In this document: piece by piece, positions 48,101-57,543 of the stretch
How the letters are laid out: the number at the start of each line of letters is the position of its first letter
Position numbering within the stretch: the stretch's first letter is position 1
Program-made: the position numbers and the translations under genes
Assembly (NCBI GenBank): GCA_028110365.1
Contig: JAOGVT010000003.1
Coordinates: 9,101-73,100, forward strand
Direction: 5' to 3'
Length of the DNA: 64,000 nucleotides
DNA from: Flavobacteriales bacterium
Lineage (GTDB): Bacteria; Bacteroidota; Bacteroidia; Flavobacteriales; UBA7430
The notes under the pieces: model-generated
Told to the model about the DNA's origin: nothing
Seen by the model: the letters and a program-made list of their open reading frames with translations, nothing else
The model's database searches: none

Positions 48101-49541
48101 TCAAGTTTAGGGCATCCAATTCAGAATAACCATAATGTTTGGCAACTTCACTTATATGAAAATTCTTTTCTCCTTGATGCGCTCTAGATAGGGTTTGTAA
48201 GATAAAAGCAGGATGCCTTTTAGCCATAGTAGCTATATCTTGGTAGCGTTGTTCGTTAAAAAAATCAAATGATTCTAAAAGAGCCGGAGCTCTGTCTGGA
48301 CCTTTTGTATTATAAAAGTTAATACTTGCTGAATCTTTATACAATACCATCCGCTCAAAGTAACAGTCTAAATGATGGTAGGAAGAGCGAATTGGACTTA
48401 AGCCTAGAGACTTATTTAACCTTTCAAAACTCAATGATTGTAATTTGTCTGAATAAATTAATTTTAGTTGTGGATGAAAAATAGAATCAGACTTCCAAAG
48501 TATTTTAACATCAGTTTTAGATGAGTATAACCTTCTGTCTTCCATTCTAATACGATTAGATTTAGCCAACACAAAGGGAACATCGTCTTTGTAAAATGTA
48601 ATGGTAATCTGTTCTTGATTTTTTCCAAATAGGAAGATTCTTTTACCACGAATTTCCAAACAGCCTTCGACATCAACATCTTTAAATAGGTCGTAAAAGT
48701 AGAGTTTAGATTTCGTAGAGATAAATCCTGGATAAATAGCACCATCTCGATTTTGATTCGCACTTAAACCATTAAAATACGTACCCAATAATCGGTCTTC
48801 ATCATGTTGTAAACGGCCCAATAGTTCGGCATTCGAAGTTTCAAAATAGTTTTTCCGTAAATCAATATTATAATCACCTAATTCAACCCATATAGAGTCT
48901 TCTGGGATCTTATGTTTAGTCCAATCACACCTACCTCCTGTTCCATTCCATTTATGTTTTAATAAATCTACTGACCCTTGGGTTAATTCTATAGCTATGG
49001 TATCTGTTTTGGAAATACAGTAAAGTTGGCAGTATTTAGCCGTTATTTTAGCAACAGAATCAAAGGTAAAATAAATATCGCCTTCTGCTAGTTTCCATGT
49101 AAAGCTCTCGCCCTTGTGTAAAATACTATCTACTAAAGCATCTGAACAATATTTAAGGTATTTTTTAGAATTTTTGTGCTTTAAATTTACAGTGTAATCT
49201 ACAGAGGTAGCTAAAAAATTATCTAAACTCTCGTCGTTAAGCTCTCCTTTCCCATAATGGTTTAGCAACCTAAAAAGATCAAAATAATCTGCTGCATCAT
49301 TAAAACGCTTTTTTCTAAGAATGGTTACAAGTCGGTATATATATTCCTCTTGACCTTCATCAAAAACACCGTCGTTAAAATATTTTATAAAAGAATTCCC
49401 AGCACGTTTATGGATGGGGTAAATAAAATCATTTACATCCTCTTTTAAATCTTTTGTAAAAGCACTTCTATCCCACTCTTCTTGAGAAAAGGAAATGCTC
49501 GAAATTAAAAGAAAAATCAATACCAGTAAACGCAATACCAT
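45156..49541 (-). CDS. Large (1461 aa) exported beta-rich protein of unknown function with internal repeats
   Basis: Uninterrupted 4.4-kb ORF; signal peptide SFS-Q; no catalytic motif recognised. Confidence 0.88.
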   Translation of the reverse strand: MVLRLLVLIFLLISSISFSQEEWDRSAFTKDLKEDVNDFIYPIHKRAGNSFIKYFNDGVFDEGQEEYIYRLVTILRKKRFNDAADYFDLFRLLNHYGKGELNDESLDNFLATSVDYTVNLKHKNSKKYLKYCSDALVDSILHKGESFTWKLAEGDIYFTFDSVAKITAKYCQLYCISKTDTIAIELTQGSVDLLKHKWNGTGGRCDWTKHKIPEDSIWVELGDYNIDLRKNYFETSNAELLGRLQHDEDRLLGTYFNGLSANQNRDGAIYPGFISTKSKLYFYDLFKDVDVEGCLEIRGKRIFLFGKNQEQITITFYKDDVPFVLAKSNRIRMEDRRLYSSKTDVKILWKSDSIFHPQLKLIYSDKLQSLSFERLNKSLGLSPIRSSYHHLDCYFERMVLYKDSASINFYNTKGPDRAPALLESFDFFNEQRYQDIATMAKRHPAFILQTLSRAHQGEKNFHISEVAKHYGYSELDALNLMTDFTILGFVGFDLSTNSVQIKDKLFEFLQARLKKRDYDGLKIISRAEILPAAKLDFTSGDLFVSGVAMVELSDSNKVAVFPYDGNLVIHKNRDFTFDGILHTGNFALFGKQLEFVYDPFEVTLKKIDSMQYSIPSGFKNKDDVDVDWTVKTVISDLVGKLYIDAPRNKSGLKSELAYPKIHSFEDSYIYYDNVKDGVYKRPIFSFKVDPFQLDSLSILSTESLEFPGNLNAPTIVPAFRDTMRLNENLELSFSHPIPNRYPVYEGRGEFTNKLYLDNKGLRGEGTIYYLNSVTTTDSIFFYPYRALAHAKSHSITEQIAPTDCPKSTVEDASIDWRAFDDQFQSWNRDSFYEMYKQSYVFDGTMILSPKALTASGELYFDNALSISKEFILQSQDFTADHSEFNLFEQDGGSKILRAKDLYSAMSFSDRFGSFETLSDTVSFELRKNKYDLYFELMEWDSESKTIEFSQFSSDNALLVSVDTYQDSLQFYASAAHYDLNNYELDVSGVTEILMSTVTIEPDSSSLKILANGKMERLVNANFWVDTQTLTPYEFYNAELDILSAGKFKGSALFDYIDLEGEIQSIYFSTLEKDGDIVKGTAYISEDDNFHLDPYFGFKGKVILDTSKDFLTFDGFTRVYLACDKLNRTWIPFTDEVDPEDVFIDLNPDMRLTDRQQWHAGIMISHSPTVCYPAFLSGPKHVNDYDALSVDGFVHFDDSNWEYIIGSKEKIEDVNASGNVAIYNPEECTLYSEGKLNLGVDAGLLKVEAFGFLAANFTEQSIAGKLDFGLDFLLHKKASKFLYKQLKKSSLTVKTNQSSALHQRMLKELLGKRKLKKYNRKKKKGRRFLPSELEHTFYFPQLYMAWNRQSASFISSTKIPLNNINGRKIDRIVDGIVEFRPHAQGDEINIYLKISSEDYYYINYRRGVMKLISSHQKFNNYIASSPMRLSNLSGTKESGPFRYEIGNLKQMQKFLNRVKWVK

Positions 49542-49807
49542 AAATAATAAACGGATTTATTAAGGACTACAAATTAAAGAAAATGATTAGGCCTAAAAAA
49601 ATTGTTGTACTATAACATTTAGGTCTCATTTTTTATTTTTAACGATAATGCAATCGATGAACGAAATAGTCACCCCTTTATTAAAATTAAGATTTAATTA
49701 ATTTACCTGAAATAGTTAATAATGGTTTAATTTTAAAAAATCTAATTGTACTAGTTAAAAACTTCTTAGTAACAGATTAGATTGTATACCTAATTAAATG
49801 GAAACTT

Positions 49808-50383
49808 TTGCAGGAATTAATTGATAAAATAAAAAAAAGCATACACCTCAGTTCTAAAGCTGAAAAGCATCTGTATGCTATTTCAACAGAAAAAACATTT
49901 TCAAAGGGTGAAATCTTAATTCGTCAAGGACAGTCTGTTAGGCATACCTATTTTGTTTTAGAAGGCAATTTAAGATCTTTCTGTACCGATAAGAATGGCA
50001 AGGAACATACATTGCAGTTTGCCATAAAAGAATGGTGGATTAGTGATTTTATTGCTATTTACACAAATGAACTTGCAAACTTAACTGTTGAGTGTATAAC
50101 AGATTCTAAAGTTATAATGTTTACCGCTACAGATTTAGATAAAATCCATTCTTTATTTCCAGAATTCGAAGCATTTCAGCGTAAAAATTTAGAGCGGCAC
50201 GTGGTAAGTTTACACAAAAGAATTTTAAATCAACTCCAATTAACTGCTCTAGAGAGGTATCAATTGTTTTTAAAACAATATCCAGATATTGAGAAATACA
50301 CACCAAATTACCACATAGCCTCATATCTAGGTATAACCCAACAAAGTTTAAGTCGCATTCGTGTAGAAAAAAGCAAATTATAG
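49808..50383 (+). CDS. Crp/Fnr family transcriptional regulator
   Basis: cNMP-binding beta-roll; C-terminal HTH IASYLGITQQSLSRIR; TTG start. Confidence 0.92.
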   Translation: MQELIDKIKKSIHLSSKAEKHLYAISTEKTFSKGEILIRQGQSVRHTYFVLEGNLRSFCTDKNGKEHTLQFAIKEWWISDFIAIYTNELANLTVECITDSKVIMFTATDLDKIHSLFPEFEAFQRKNLERHVVSLHKRILNQLQLTALERYQLFLKQYPDIEKYTPNYHIASYLGITQQSLSRIRVEKSKL

Positions 50384-50387
50384 GTTT

Positions 50388-50432
50388 CTTACCATAGGTT
50401 AATTTTTGTCTTTAGTAGTTCTGTTATATTTG
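50388..50432 (+). promoter_or_regulatory. Putative Crp-type site (CTTACC-ATA-GGTTAA) plus -7 element TATATTTG of the hchA promoter
   Basis: Imperfect palindrome 50388-50402; TAnnTTTG at 50425-50432. Confidence 0.55.
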
Positions 50433-50458
50433 TTTTTTAACTTTTAAAAAACAAGCAT

Positions 50459-51310
50459 ATGCTAAAGAAGATATTGGGTATAGCGCCTCAATTAGAAAAA
50501 GATGGGTCTTATATTCCATCAAAAATTGCACTTAAACTAGCCACCGTAAAAAAAACAGATTATAAGAGTGAACCCTACCAAAAATACAAAGGCACAAAAT
50601 CTAAAATATTGGTATTGTTTACAGAACAACAAAAAATGAAAATGCAAAATGGAACTTTGTTCTCTACGGGTAACCATCCAGTAGAAGCTCTTGTTCCGAT
50701 GTTGCATTTACAAAATGCTGGTTTTGAGTTCGAAATTTATACGCCAACTGGCAAACCTGTTGTATTTGAGATGTGGGCGTTTCCATCTAAAGACAATGAA
50801 GTACTTTCTATTTACAATGAGTTAAAATTAAAGTTTGAGAAACCAAATAGCTTGCACCATTTTGCGACAAACACAGGAAATGTAGCTGCAAATTACGCAG
50901 CCGTATTTATACCTGGAGGACACGGAGCAATGCTCGGAATTCCTGAAGATGAAAATGTAGGAAGAACCTTAAATTGGGCGCATGAAAACAATTTGTTTAC
51001 CATCTCAATATGTCATGGTCCTAGCGCATTATTAGCGACTACTTTAATAAATAAATCATTCATTTACGAAGGCTATAAAATGGCTGTATTTCCAGATTCT
51101 GTTGATAAAATGACACCTAAAATAGGTTACTTACCAGGACAAATGCCACACGGCCTAAGTGAAAAACTAAAATCTTTAGGTGCTAATGTAGTGAATACAA
51201 AAGCTGACAATACTGTATGTATAGACAGAAAACTAATTACAGGTGCAAGCCCATTAGCCTCAAACCAATTGGGAAAACTAGCTGCAAATACATTGCTAAA
51301 AGCGAATTAA
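50459..51310 (+). CDS. hchA: Glyoxalase III / Hsp31 (DJ-1/PfpI family)
   Basis: FSTGNHPVE, IPGGHGA, nucleophile elbow ICHGP. Confidence 0.88.
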   Translation: MLKKILGIAPQLEKDGSYIPSKIALKLATVKKTDYKSEPYQKYKGTKSKILVLFTEQQKMKMQNGTLFSTGNHPVEALVPMLHLQNAGFEFEIYTPTGKPVVFEMWAFPSKDNEVLSIYNELKLKFEKPNSLHHFATNTGNVAANYAAVFIPGGHGAMLGIPEDENVGRTLNWAHENNLFTISICHGPSALLATTLINKSFIYEGYKMAVFPDSVDKMTPKIGYLPGQMPHGLSEKLKSLGANVVNTKADNTVCIDRKLITGASPLASNQLGKLAANTLLKAN

Positions 51311-51339
51311 AAAGTTAAAAATCCTATTAAATAATACGC

Positions 51340-51972
51340 ATGGAATTAGTTGAGAAATTAAAATGGCGTTATGCCACAAAAGCTATGAATGGCCAAAAGG
51401 TATCTAAAGAAAAAATAGATGCAATTATTGAGGCAATATCTTTAGCACCTACCTCAAGTGGCTTACAACCTTTTGAAGTATTTGTGATTACAAATGATAA
51501 AGTGAAAGAGAAAATTAAACCAATAGCTTGGAACCAATCTGTAATTACTGATTGTTCTCATTTATTGGTTTTTGCTGCTTGGGATACCTATACTGCAGAA
51601 AGAATTAACAAAATGTTTGATTTAACAAACGATGTAAGAGGATTTAAAAACGAAGGCTGGGAAAATTACAGACAAATTCTTTTAGATAACTATCCAAATA
51701 AAGATCCGGAAGAAAATTTTAACCACGCAAGTAAACAAGCCTACATAGCATTTACTATGGCTCTAACTGCGGCAGCTTTCGAAAAAGTAGACGCTACTCC
51801 TGTGGAAGGATTTAATCCTGCCGAGTTAGATAAAATACTTGACTTAAAAGCAAAAGGGTTGAAAAGTTGTGTACTCCTTCCTTTAGGTTACAGAGATACA
51901 GAAAATGATTGGTTGGTAAATCTTACTAAAGTAAGGAAAAGCAAAAAAGATTTAGTGACTGAAATAATTTAA
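51340..51972 (+). CDS. NAD(P)H-dependent nitroreductase family protein
   Basis: WRYATK, LAPTSSGLQP, DATPVEGF, LGYR. Confidence 0.92.
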   Translation: MELVEKLKWRYATKAMNGQKVSKEKIDAIIEAISLAPTSSGLQPFEVFVITNDKVKEKIKPIAWNQSVITDCSHLLVFAAWDTYTAERINKMFDLTNDVRGFKNEGWENYRQILLDNYPNKDPEENFNHASKQAYIAFTMALTAAAFEKVDATPVEGFNPAELDKILDLKAKGLKSCVLLPLGYRDTENDWLVNLTKVRKSKKDLVTEII

Positions 51973-51990
51973 AAGATAAAAAAGCAATTG

Positions 51991-52024
51991 TAAAACGTTT
52001 TGAGTATTTACTCAAAGCGTTTTA
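51991..52024. terminator. Hairpin, probable bidirectional terminator between convergent nitroreductase and trmL
   Basis: TAAAACGTTTTGAGTA/TACTCAAAGCGTTTTA. Confidence 0.7.
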
Positions 52025-52092
52025 TTACAACTCAAAATTGGGAAATGTAAAGACTCGTAAACCGTAGGTGTAAAATCAAAAATACACAAACA

Positions 52093-52545
52093 TTACTTCA
52101 TAGATTTAATCCCTTCATAAACGACTATACTTACAGCATTTGCAAGATTAATACTTCTTATGTGTTCACTAAAAAGAGGTATTTTATAGGTGTTTTCTGA
52201 GTTGAGTTCTATAAGCTCTTTTGGTAACCCTTTCGATTCTTTACCAAATATTAAAAACAAATCGTCTTGATAAGTAACGTTCCAATATTCTTTACTTGCA
52301 TGGCTGGAAAAATAGACCATATTTTTATTCTGATTTTTGAGATAAAAATCATCTATACTTTCGTAAATAGTAAGAGAAATGTGTTTCCAATAATCCAACC
52401 CAGCCCTTTTTACTCTTGAGTCGTTAAGTTCAAAACCAAAAGGTTTTACAAGATGTAAGTTTGCCCCTGCAGCCAAACTTAAACGCCCAATGTTACCTGT
52501 ATTGTTAGGGATTTCAGGCTCAACTAAAACAATGTTAAGTGCCAT
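52093..52545 (-). CDS. trmL: tRNA (cytidine34/uridine34-2'-O)-methyltransferase
   Basis: EPEIPNNTGNIGR, KRAGLDYW, FGKESKGL, RSINLAN. Confidence 0.94.
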   Translation of the reverse strand: MALNIVLVEPEIPNNTGNIGRLSLAAGANLHLVKPFGFELNDSRVKRAGLDYWKHISLTIYESIDDFYLKNQNKNMVYFSSHASKEYWNVTYQDDLFLIFGKESKGLPKELIELNSENTYKIPLFSEHIRSINLANAVSIVVYEGIKSMK

Positions 52546-53903
52546 TACTTACGTCTTTTTTTACTCCTACGATTGGCTATTATATCTCCTTTTGTTTGAG
52601 ATTTTTTGTACTTTTTAGCTAATTTTGCACGGTACGATCCGCCTGTATTCACTTTTTGATTCTTCTCCTTTTTTTCATGAAAACCAGAGCTTCTAACTTT
52701 GGTTTCGGTACTTCTATTTTTACTAATTTTTGCTACGTCTCGCTCTTCTGGTAAAAGCTGTTCATTCTCCTCCACCTCAGTTGGGAAGTCTTGTTGAGGA
52801 ATCTTATAATCCATTAAAGATTCAATTTCATTTTTAGAAACTTCTTCTTTATCTGTATAAAATAAAATTGAATTCCCTTTCTTTTCTGCCCTCCCAGTTC
52901 TACCAATACGATGCATGTAATTTTCTGAAAATACAGGCGTGTTAAAATTAATAACATGAGTGATTTTATCTAAATCTAATCCACGTGCCATTACATCGGT
53001 AGAAACTAATATTCTATTAATACCTTCGTCAAATTGTTTAATAGATCGAATGCGGTAATTTTGAGTTTTATTGGAGTGAATTACACACAACTCAGATGCA
53101 TATTGTTCCTCTAAAAATTCAAAAACCATATCTGCATGTTTCTTGTTGGGTACAAAAACCAATACTTTGCTAAACATTTCTTTGTCTAAAAGCAGATAAT
53201 TCAATAAGTTTAATTTGGTGTAAAAATTTCGAACGCGGTAACACTGTTGAGAAATGTTATCTAATGGAGTCCCACTTAGCGCAATCGATATTTTTTTTGG
53301 TTTAATAAAATACGAATCTATAAGTGCATCTACTTCTACTGTCATTGTTGCAGAAAACATAATGTTCTGTCTTCGCTCAGGTAGAATAGAAAATATATTA
53401 GCCAGTTGAATTCTAAAGCCAAGATCTAACATAACATCAACCTCGTCTATAACCAACTGCTTAATCGTTTTTAATTGCAGAGCTCTACAAGCAGCTAAAT
53501 CATACAACCTACCAGGGGTGGCAACAACAACATCAACACCTAAAGCACAAGCCTTTTTCTGTGTGTTAATGTTTGTTCCGCCGTACACGCCTAAAACGCG
53601 TAAATTCATGTATTTAGAAAACTCTTGAACACGTTCCACAACTTGCAACACCAATTCTCTGGTAGGAACAAGAATTAAAACTCGAGGAGTATCAATCTTT
53701 TGAAATTTAATATCTTGAAGTATAGGCAGCATATAGGCCAAGGTTTTACCTGTACCCGTTTGTGCTATACCAACCACATCTGAACCAGAGCGAACTACTG
53801 GAAACGACTGTTCTTGAATAGGCGTTGGCTTAACAAATCCCAAATCGTCAATTGCATTTCGAAGTTGTTTGTTAAGTGGTAAAATATCAAAAGTGTTCAT
53901 CAA
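52545..53903 (-). CDS. DEAD-box RNA helicase
   Basis: PTPIQ, AQTGTGKT, PTREL, TPGR, DEVD, SAT, HRIGRTGR; basic tail. Confidence 0.95.
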   Translation of the reverse strand: MMNTFDILPLNKQLRNAIDDLGFVKPTPIQEQSFPVVRSGSDVVGIAQTGTGKTLAYMLPILQDIKFQKIDTPRVLILVPTRELVLQVVERVQEFSKYMNLRVLGVYGGTNINTQKKACALGVDVVVATPGRLYDLAACRALQLKTIKQLVIDEVDVMLDLGFRIQLANIFSILPERRQNIMFSATMTVEVDALIDSYFIKPKKISIALSGTPLDNISQQCYRVRNFYTKLNLLNYLLLDKEMFSKVLVFVPNKKHADMVFEFLEEQYASELCVIHSNKTQNYRIRSIKQFDEGINRILVSTDVMARGLDLDKITHVINFNTPVFSENYMHRIGRTGRAEKKGNSILFYTDKEEVSKNEIESLMDYKIPQQDFPTEVEENEQLLPEERDVAKISKNRSTETKVRSSGFHEKKEKNQKVNTGGSYRAKLAKKYKKSQTKGDIIANRRSKKRRK

Positions 53904-54030
53904 AAATAATTTTTGTAAAAATAAGGGTAATTAACAGAAAAGCGGTAAAATTAGCAGCTATTGTTAAATTACAGTAAAACTAATATCTAGAAATAGAATC
54001 CATTGGTCAGATTAGCGTAATCTATAAACT

Positions 54031-54063
54031 AAAAAAGCCTCTTGAATAAATTCAAGAGGCTTT
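54031..54063 (-). terminator. Terminator of tRNA-His
   Basis: AAAGCCTCTTGAA/TTCAAGAGGCTTT stem with T-run. Confidence 0.85.
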
Positions 54064-54071
54064 ACGTTTAG

Positions 54072-54146
54072 GGTGGATGATGGGATTCGAACCCACGACC
54101 CCCGGCACCACAAACCAGTGCTCTAACCAACTGAGCTACAACCACC
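54072..54146 (-). tRNA. tRNA-His(GTG), with encoded G-1
   Basis: GGTGGTTGTAGCTCAGTTGGTTAGAGC...TT-GTG-GT...GGTTCGAATCC; -7 element at 54160-54167. Confidence 0.96.
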
Positions 54147-54340
54147 ATTTTAACGACAGCAAATATAATACTATATTTTTTATATAAACAGCATAACAAG
54201 ACAAAAAAACAATCTGTAATTAAACATTTAAGTAACTGAGAATTCATTGATTTAAGAATCAGATATTTAAATTTAATATTACTTGAATTATGTATTGTAA
54301 ATAGATTATTATTCGCCTATTTTTGGTTAAAACCAAAAGA

Positions 54341-56440
54341 ATGTCAGTTAGTCACAAATTTATGGTAAAAGGTATTCATTGCATAAATTGTGTTAATGGT
54401 ATCAAAACTCATTTACAGAAAAAGAACCTTACTAAAGTACACATAGAATTGTCTAATGGACTGGTTACCGTTTATGATAGTTCAATAGAATCCGATACCA
54501 TACAAAGTTTTATAGAAGAGTTGGGATACACGTCAAAAGTTTACAATCCAAATGAAAATGAGCATTCAAAATTAAATTACTATCTAATCATATCCTCATT
54601 TTTAAGTATACCTCTACTTGCTCATATGTTCGTTTCTGAACATAATATCCTTCAGAATCCCTTTTTGCAAGTTGCTCTAGCGACACCTGTATTAATTATC
54701 GGATATATTCATTTTTTTAAATCGGCATACCGATCTGTACTTAATTTAAAACCCAACATGAATGTTTTAATTCTCATGGGTGCAACTGCTGCCTATTTGT
54801 ATAGTATAATTGGGTGGTTGTTAAATTTTAACGCAGTACATCATTACTTATTTTTTGAAACTTCGGCGACTATTATTACATTAGTTCTTTTAGGTAATTA
54901 TTTTGAAAAAAGAGCGATTAATCAAACAACAACCTCCTTAAAATCGTTACAAAACCTGCAAAGTAAAACCACATTTAAAGAAGTAAATGGCGAACGAATA
55001 GCTTGTTTAATAGAAGAGCTAAACATAGGTGATGTTATTGCTGTTAACCTTGGTGATTCAGTTCCTATTGATGGGGAAATTATTTGGGGAAATTGCTCTA
55101 TTGACGAAAGTATGATCACAGGAGAAAGTTCATCTGTATATAGAAACGTTTCAGACAAAGTTGTAGGTGGAACCCTTATAACTGAGGGAAGTATTAAAAT
55201 TCGAGTGAGTTCTAAATTAAATGATACGGTACTCTCAACTATTATTGAGCTTGTTCGTTCTGCTCAAGAAAACAAACCTCAAATCCAAAAATTAGGCGAT
55301 CGGATAAGTAATGTATTTGTACCTATTGTGCTGCTTATTGGTATTGTAAGTTTTGTCCTAAATTATTTAGTCTTTGGAATCGTTCTTCAAGAATCCGTTC
55401 TTAGAGCTATTGCTGTTTTGGTTATTTCTTGTCCATGTGCCATGGGTTTGGCCACACCAACAGCTGTTATGGTTGGTGTGGGTAGAGCTGCAAAAAATGG
55501 AATACTCATAAAAGGCGGTGCTACTCTAGAACTATTAAGTAAAATCACTACGGTTGTATTTGATAAAACAGGGACCTTAACAAACGGTAAATTTTCCGTT
55601 AAGGAGCTATATGTATTGGACGAGTCTTACCCTATTGAAGCCATTATTTATGGTCTTGAAAAACATTCGAATCATCCTATTGCACTGTCACTTTGTAATG
55701 AATTTAATTCTTTTAATCAAAATCTGATTTTTGAAGATATTAAAGAAATAAAAGGACAAGGACTTGAGGCTTTAGATAAAGATCAGAATCTATATAAACT
55801 TGGCTCTGCCGCTTATTTAAATTTAGTAGATGAAAAATACTATGAGAATTATCAATTATTTCTGTCTGTAAACCACAAACTAGTAGCCTGTATTTTAATA
55901 CAAGATAAAGTTATGAACGATGCGGTTACTTTAATTTCATTCTTTAACTCTAGCAAGATAAATACCGTTTTACTAAGTGGAGACACACAACTAAAATGCA
56001 ATGCAATTTCAAAAGAACTAGGGATACAAAAAGTATATGCCGCTCAATCTCCAGAGGATAAAATAGAAAAGATAAAACAATTTACGACCAAAGGAAAAAC
56101 AGCTATGTTTGGTGACGGTGTAAATGACGCACCAGCTCTAACACAAGCAACTGTAGGAATATCTTACACAAAAGCATCTGAAATTGCCGTAAAATCTGCA
56201 TCTATTGTACTCTTAAATCATAATTTAAAGAGCGTTAAAATGGCCTATCAAATATGCAAACACACGTATCGTACAATTCAACAAAATTTATTTTGGGCAT
56301 TTGCTTACAATATTTTAGCAATTCCTTTGGCTGCATCGGGTTATTTAAATCCTATTTTTGCTGCCTTTACAATGGCACTTTCTGATATTGTAGTAATTGG
56401 GAACTCTATACGATTAAAGTATAAAAATATCGAATCTTAA
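54341..56440 (+). CDS. copA: P1B-type heavy-metal (Cu+) ATPase
   Basis: HMA CXXC (HCINC), TGES, CPC, DKTGT, HP, GDGVND, YN and M..S transmembrane ligands; ATG at 54341 preferred. Confidence 0.88.
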   Translation: MSVSHKFMVKGIHCINCVNGIKTHLQKKNLTKVHIELSNGLVTVYDSSIESDTIQSFIEELGYTSKVYNPNENEHSKLNYYLIISSFLSIPLLAHMFVSEHNILQNPFLQVALATPVLIIGYIHFFKSAYRSVLNLKPNMNVLILMGATAAYLYSIIGWLLNFNAVHHYLFFETSATIITLVLLGNYFEKRAINQTTTSLKSLQNLQSKTTFKEVNGERIACLIEELNIGDVIAVNLGDSVPIDGEIIWGNCSIDESMITGESSSVYRNVSDKVVGGTLITEGSIKIRVSSKLNDTVLSTIIELVRSAQENKPQIQKLGDRISNVFVPIVLLIGIVSFVLNYLVFGIVLQESVLRAIAVLVISCPCAMGLATPTAVMVGVGRAAKNGILIKGGATLELLSKITTVVFDKTGTLTNGKFSVKELYVLDESYPIEAIIYGLEKHSNHPIALSLCNEFNSFNQNLIFEDIKEIKGQGLEALDKDQNLYKLGSAAYLNLVDEKYYENYQLFLSVNHKLVACILIQDKVMNDAVTLISFFNSSKINTVLLSGDTQLKCNAISKELGIQKVYAAQSPEDKIEKIKQFTTKGKTAMFGDGVNDAPALTQATVGISYTKASEIAVKSASIVLLNHNLKSVKMAYQICKHTYRTIQQNLFWAFAYNILAIPLAASGYLNPIFAAFTMALSDIVVIGNSIRLKYKNIES

Positions 56441-57543
56441 TGTCAAACAAAAAGATATTACATTTAGCGAAATGGTACCCTAATAAAGAAAAACCTTTGT
56501 TAGGTATTTTTGTTCGTAAACAGATTCAATCGATTCAGCACTCTTATGAAAATAAAGTTATAAGCCTTTTTGAAACAGACAAAATGGAAACTTCTATTAA
56601 CAGAGTAAATTCACGTTTTGAAAACATCCAAGAAGTAACCTATTATTACAAAAGAGGACGTCTAAATAAACTAAAAGTCTTTTATTTCATTTGGAAAGAA
56701 ATAAAGAACAGTAAATCAGACTGGATTCATGCTCATATTATTAGTTGGGCAAGTACTTTAGCCTTTTTAGCTAAAAAAACCACTAAAACTCCTTATGTAA
56801 TATCGGAACATTGGAGCGGATACCATACTGGATTATTTAAAAATCAAACTTGGATTATTAAGAAACTCAAGAGATTTATAGCATCAAAAGCTACAAAACT
56901 TGCCGTTGTATCTTCTTATTTAAAAATGGACATGTTGGCCTCAGGTATTAAAGCAAATTATACAGTGGTTGGCAATGTTGTTGAAGGAAAACCTGAAAAT
57001 CTTGAAAAGAATGAACAATTCACATTCATTTTTGTTGGCGACCTAGAACAAAGTCACAAAAATAGTATAGGAATCATTACCTCTTTTGGGTCAGCATTAA
57101 AATCAACAAAAAACATTCAGTTAGATATTATTGGCGATGGAACAGACAAAGAAAAATGCATCAAACTTTGTGAGAGTTTAGACCTAACTGCTCATGTAAA
57201 TTTTAGAGGAAGCCTAAGTAATAAAGATGTATTTAAGGCACTGAGTAAGTCACATGTGTTGATTTTAAATAGTTTTTATGAAACGTTTTCCATTATATGT
57301 GCAGAAGCCTTGTTATGTGGTATTCCTGTAATTTCTTCTAGATGTGGAGGCCCAGAAATGTTTTTAAATGAACGGACTGGAATCTTGATTGATACCGATA
57401 ACAACAAACAACTTACAGATGCAATGTTGTTAATGCAAAAAAAATATGAGAATTATAAATCTGATGAATTAAAAAAAGTTGCAGCGCAATTTGATAGAAA
57501 TAAAATTGGAGAAGAAATTAAAAGACTTTACGAATTAATCTAA
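56440..57543 (+). CDS. Glycosyltransferase, GT4 family
   Basis: EX7E motif ETFSIICAE, ISEHWS. Confidence 0.88.
   Translation: MSNKKILHLAKWYPNKEKPLLGIFVRKQIQSIQHSYENKVISLFETDKMETSINRVNSRFENIQEVTYYYKRGRLNKLKVFYFIWKEIKNSKSDWIHAHIISWASTLAFLAKKTTKTPYVISEHWSGYHTGLFKNQTWIIKKLKRFIASKATKLAVVSSYLKMDMLASGIKANYTVVGNVVEGKPENLEKNEQFTFIFVGDLEQSHKNSIGIITSFGSALKSTKNIQLDIIGDGTDKEKCIKLCESLDLTAHVNFRGSLSNKDVFKALSKSHVLILNSFYETFSIICAEALLCGIPVISSRCGGPEMFLNERTGILIDTDNNKQLTDAMLLMQKKYENYKSDELKKVAAQFDRNKIGEEIKRLYELI

Noticed and set aside
49638-49665. TTTAACGATAA-TGCAAT-CGATGAACGAA as a dif-like site
   Set aside because: XerD arm matches only about 4/11
7797-52545. Five RNA methyltransferase genes as one system
   Set aside because: Scattered across unrelated operons; ordinary housekeeping
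53942-53969. TATTGTTAAAT half-site near tRNA-His
   Set aside because: Lacks the ATAA-N6-TTAT core; likely chance in AT-rich DNA
54072-54146. U-U mismatch in the tRNA-His acceptor stem as a pseudogene or att scar
   Set aside because: G-1:C73, arms, promoter and terminator are intact; a single mismatch is tolerated
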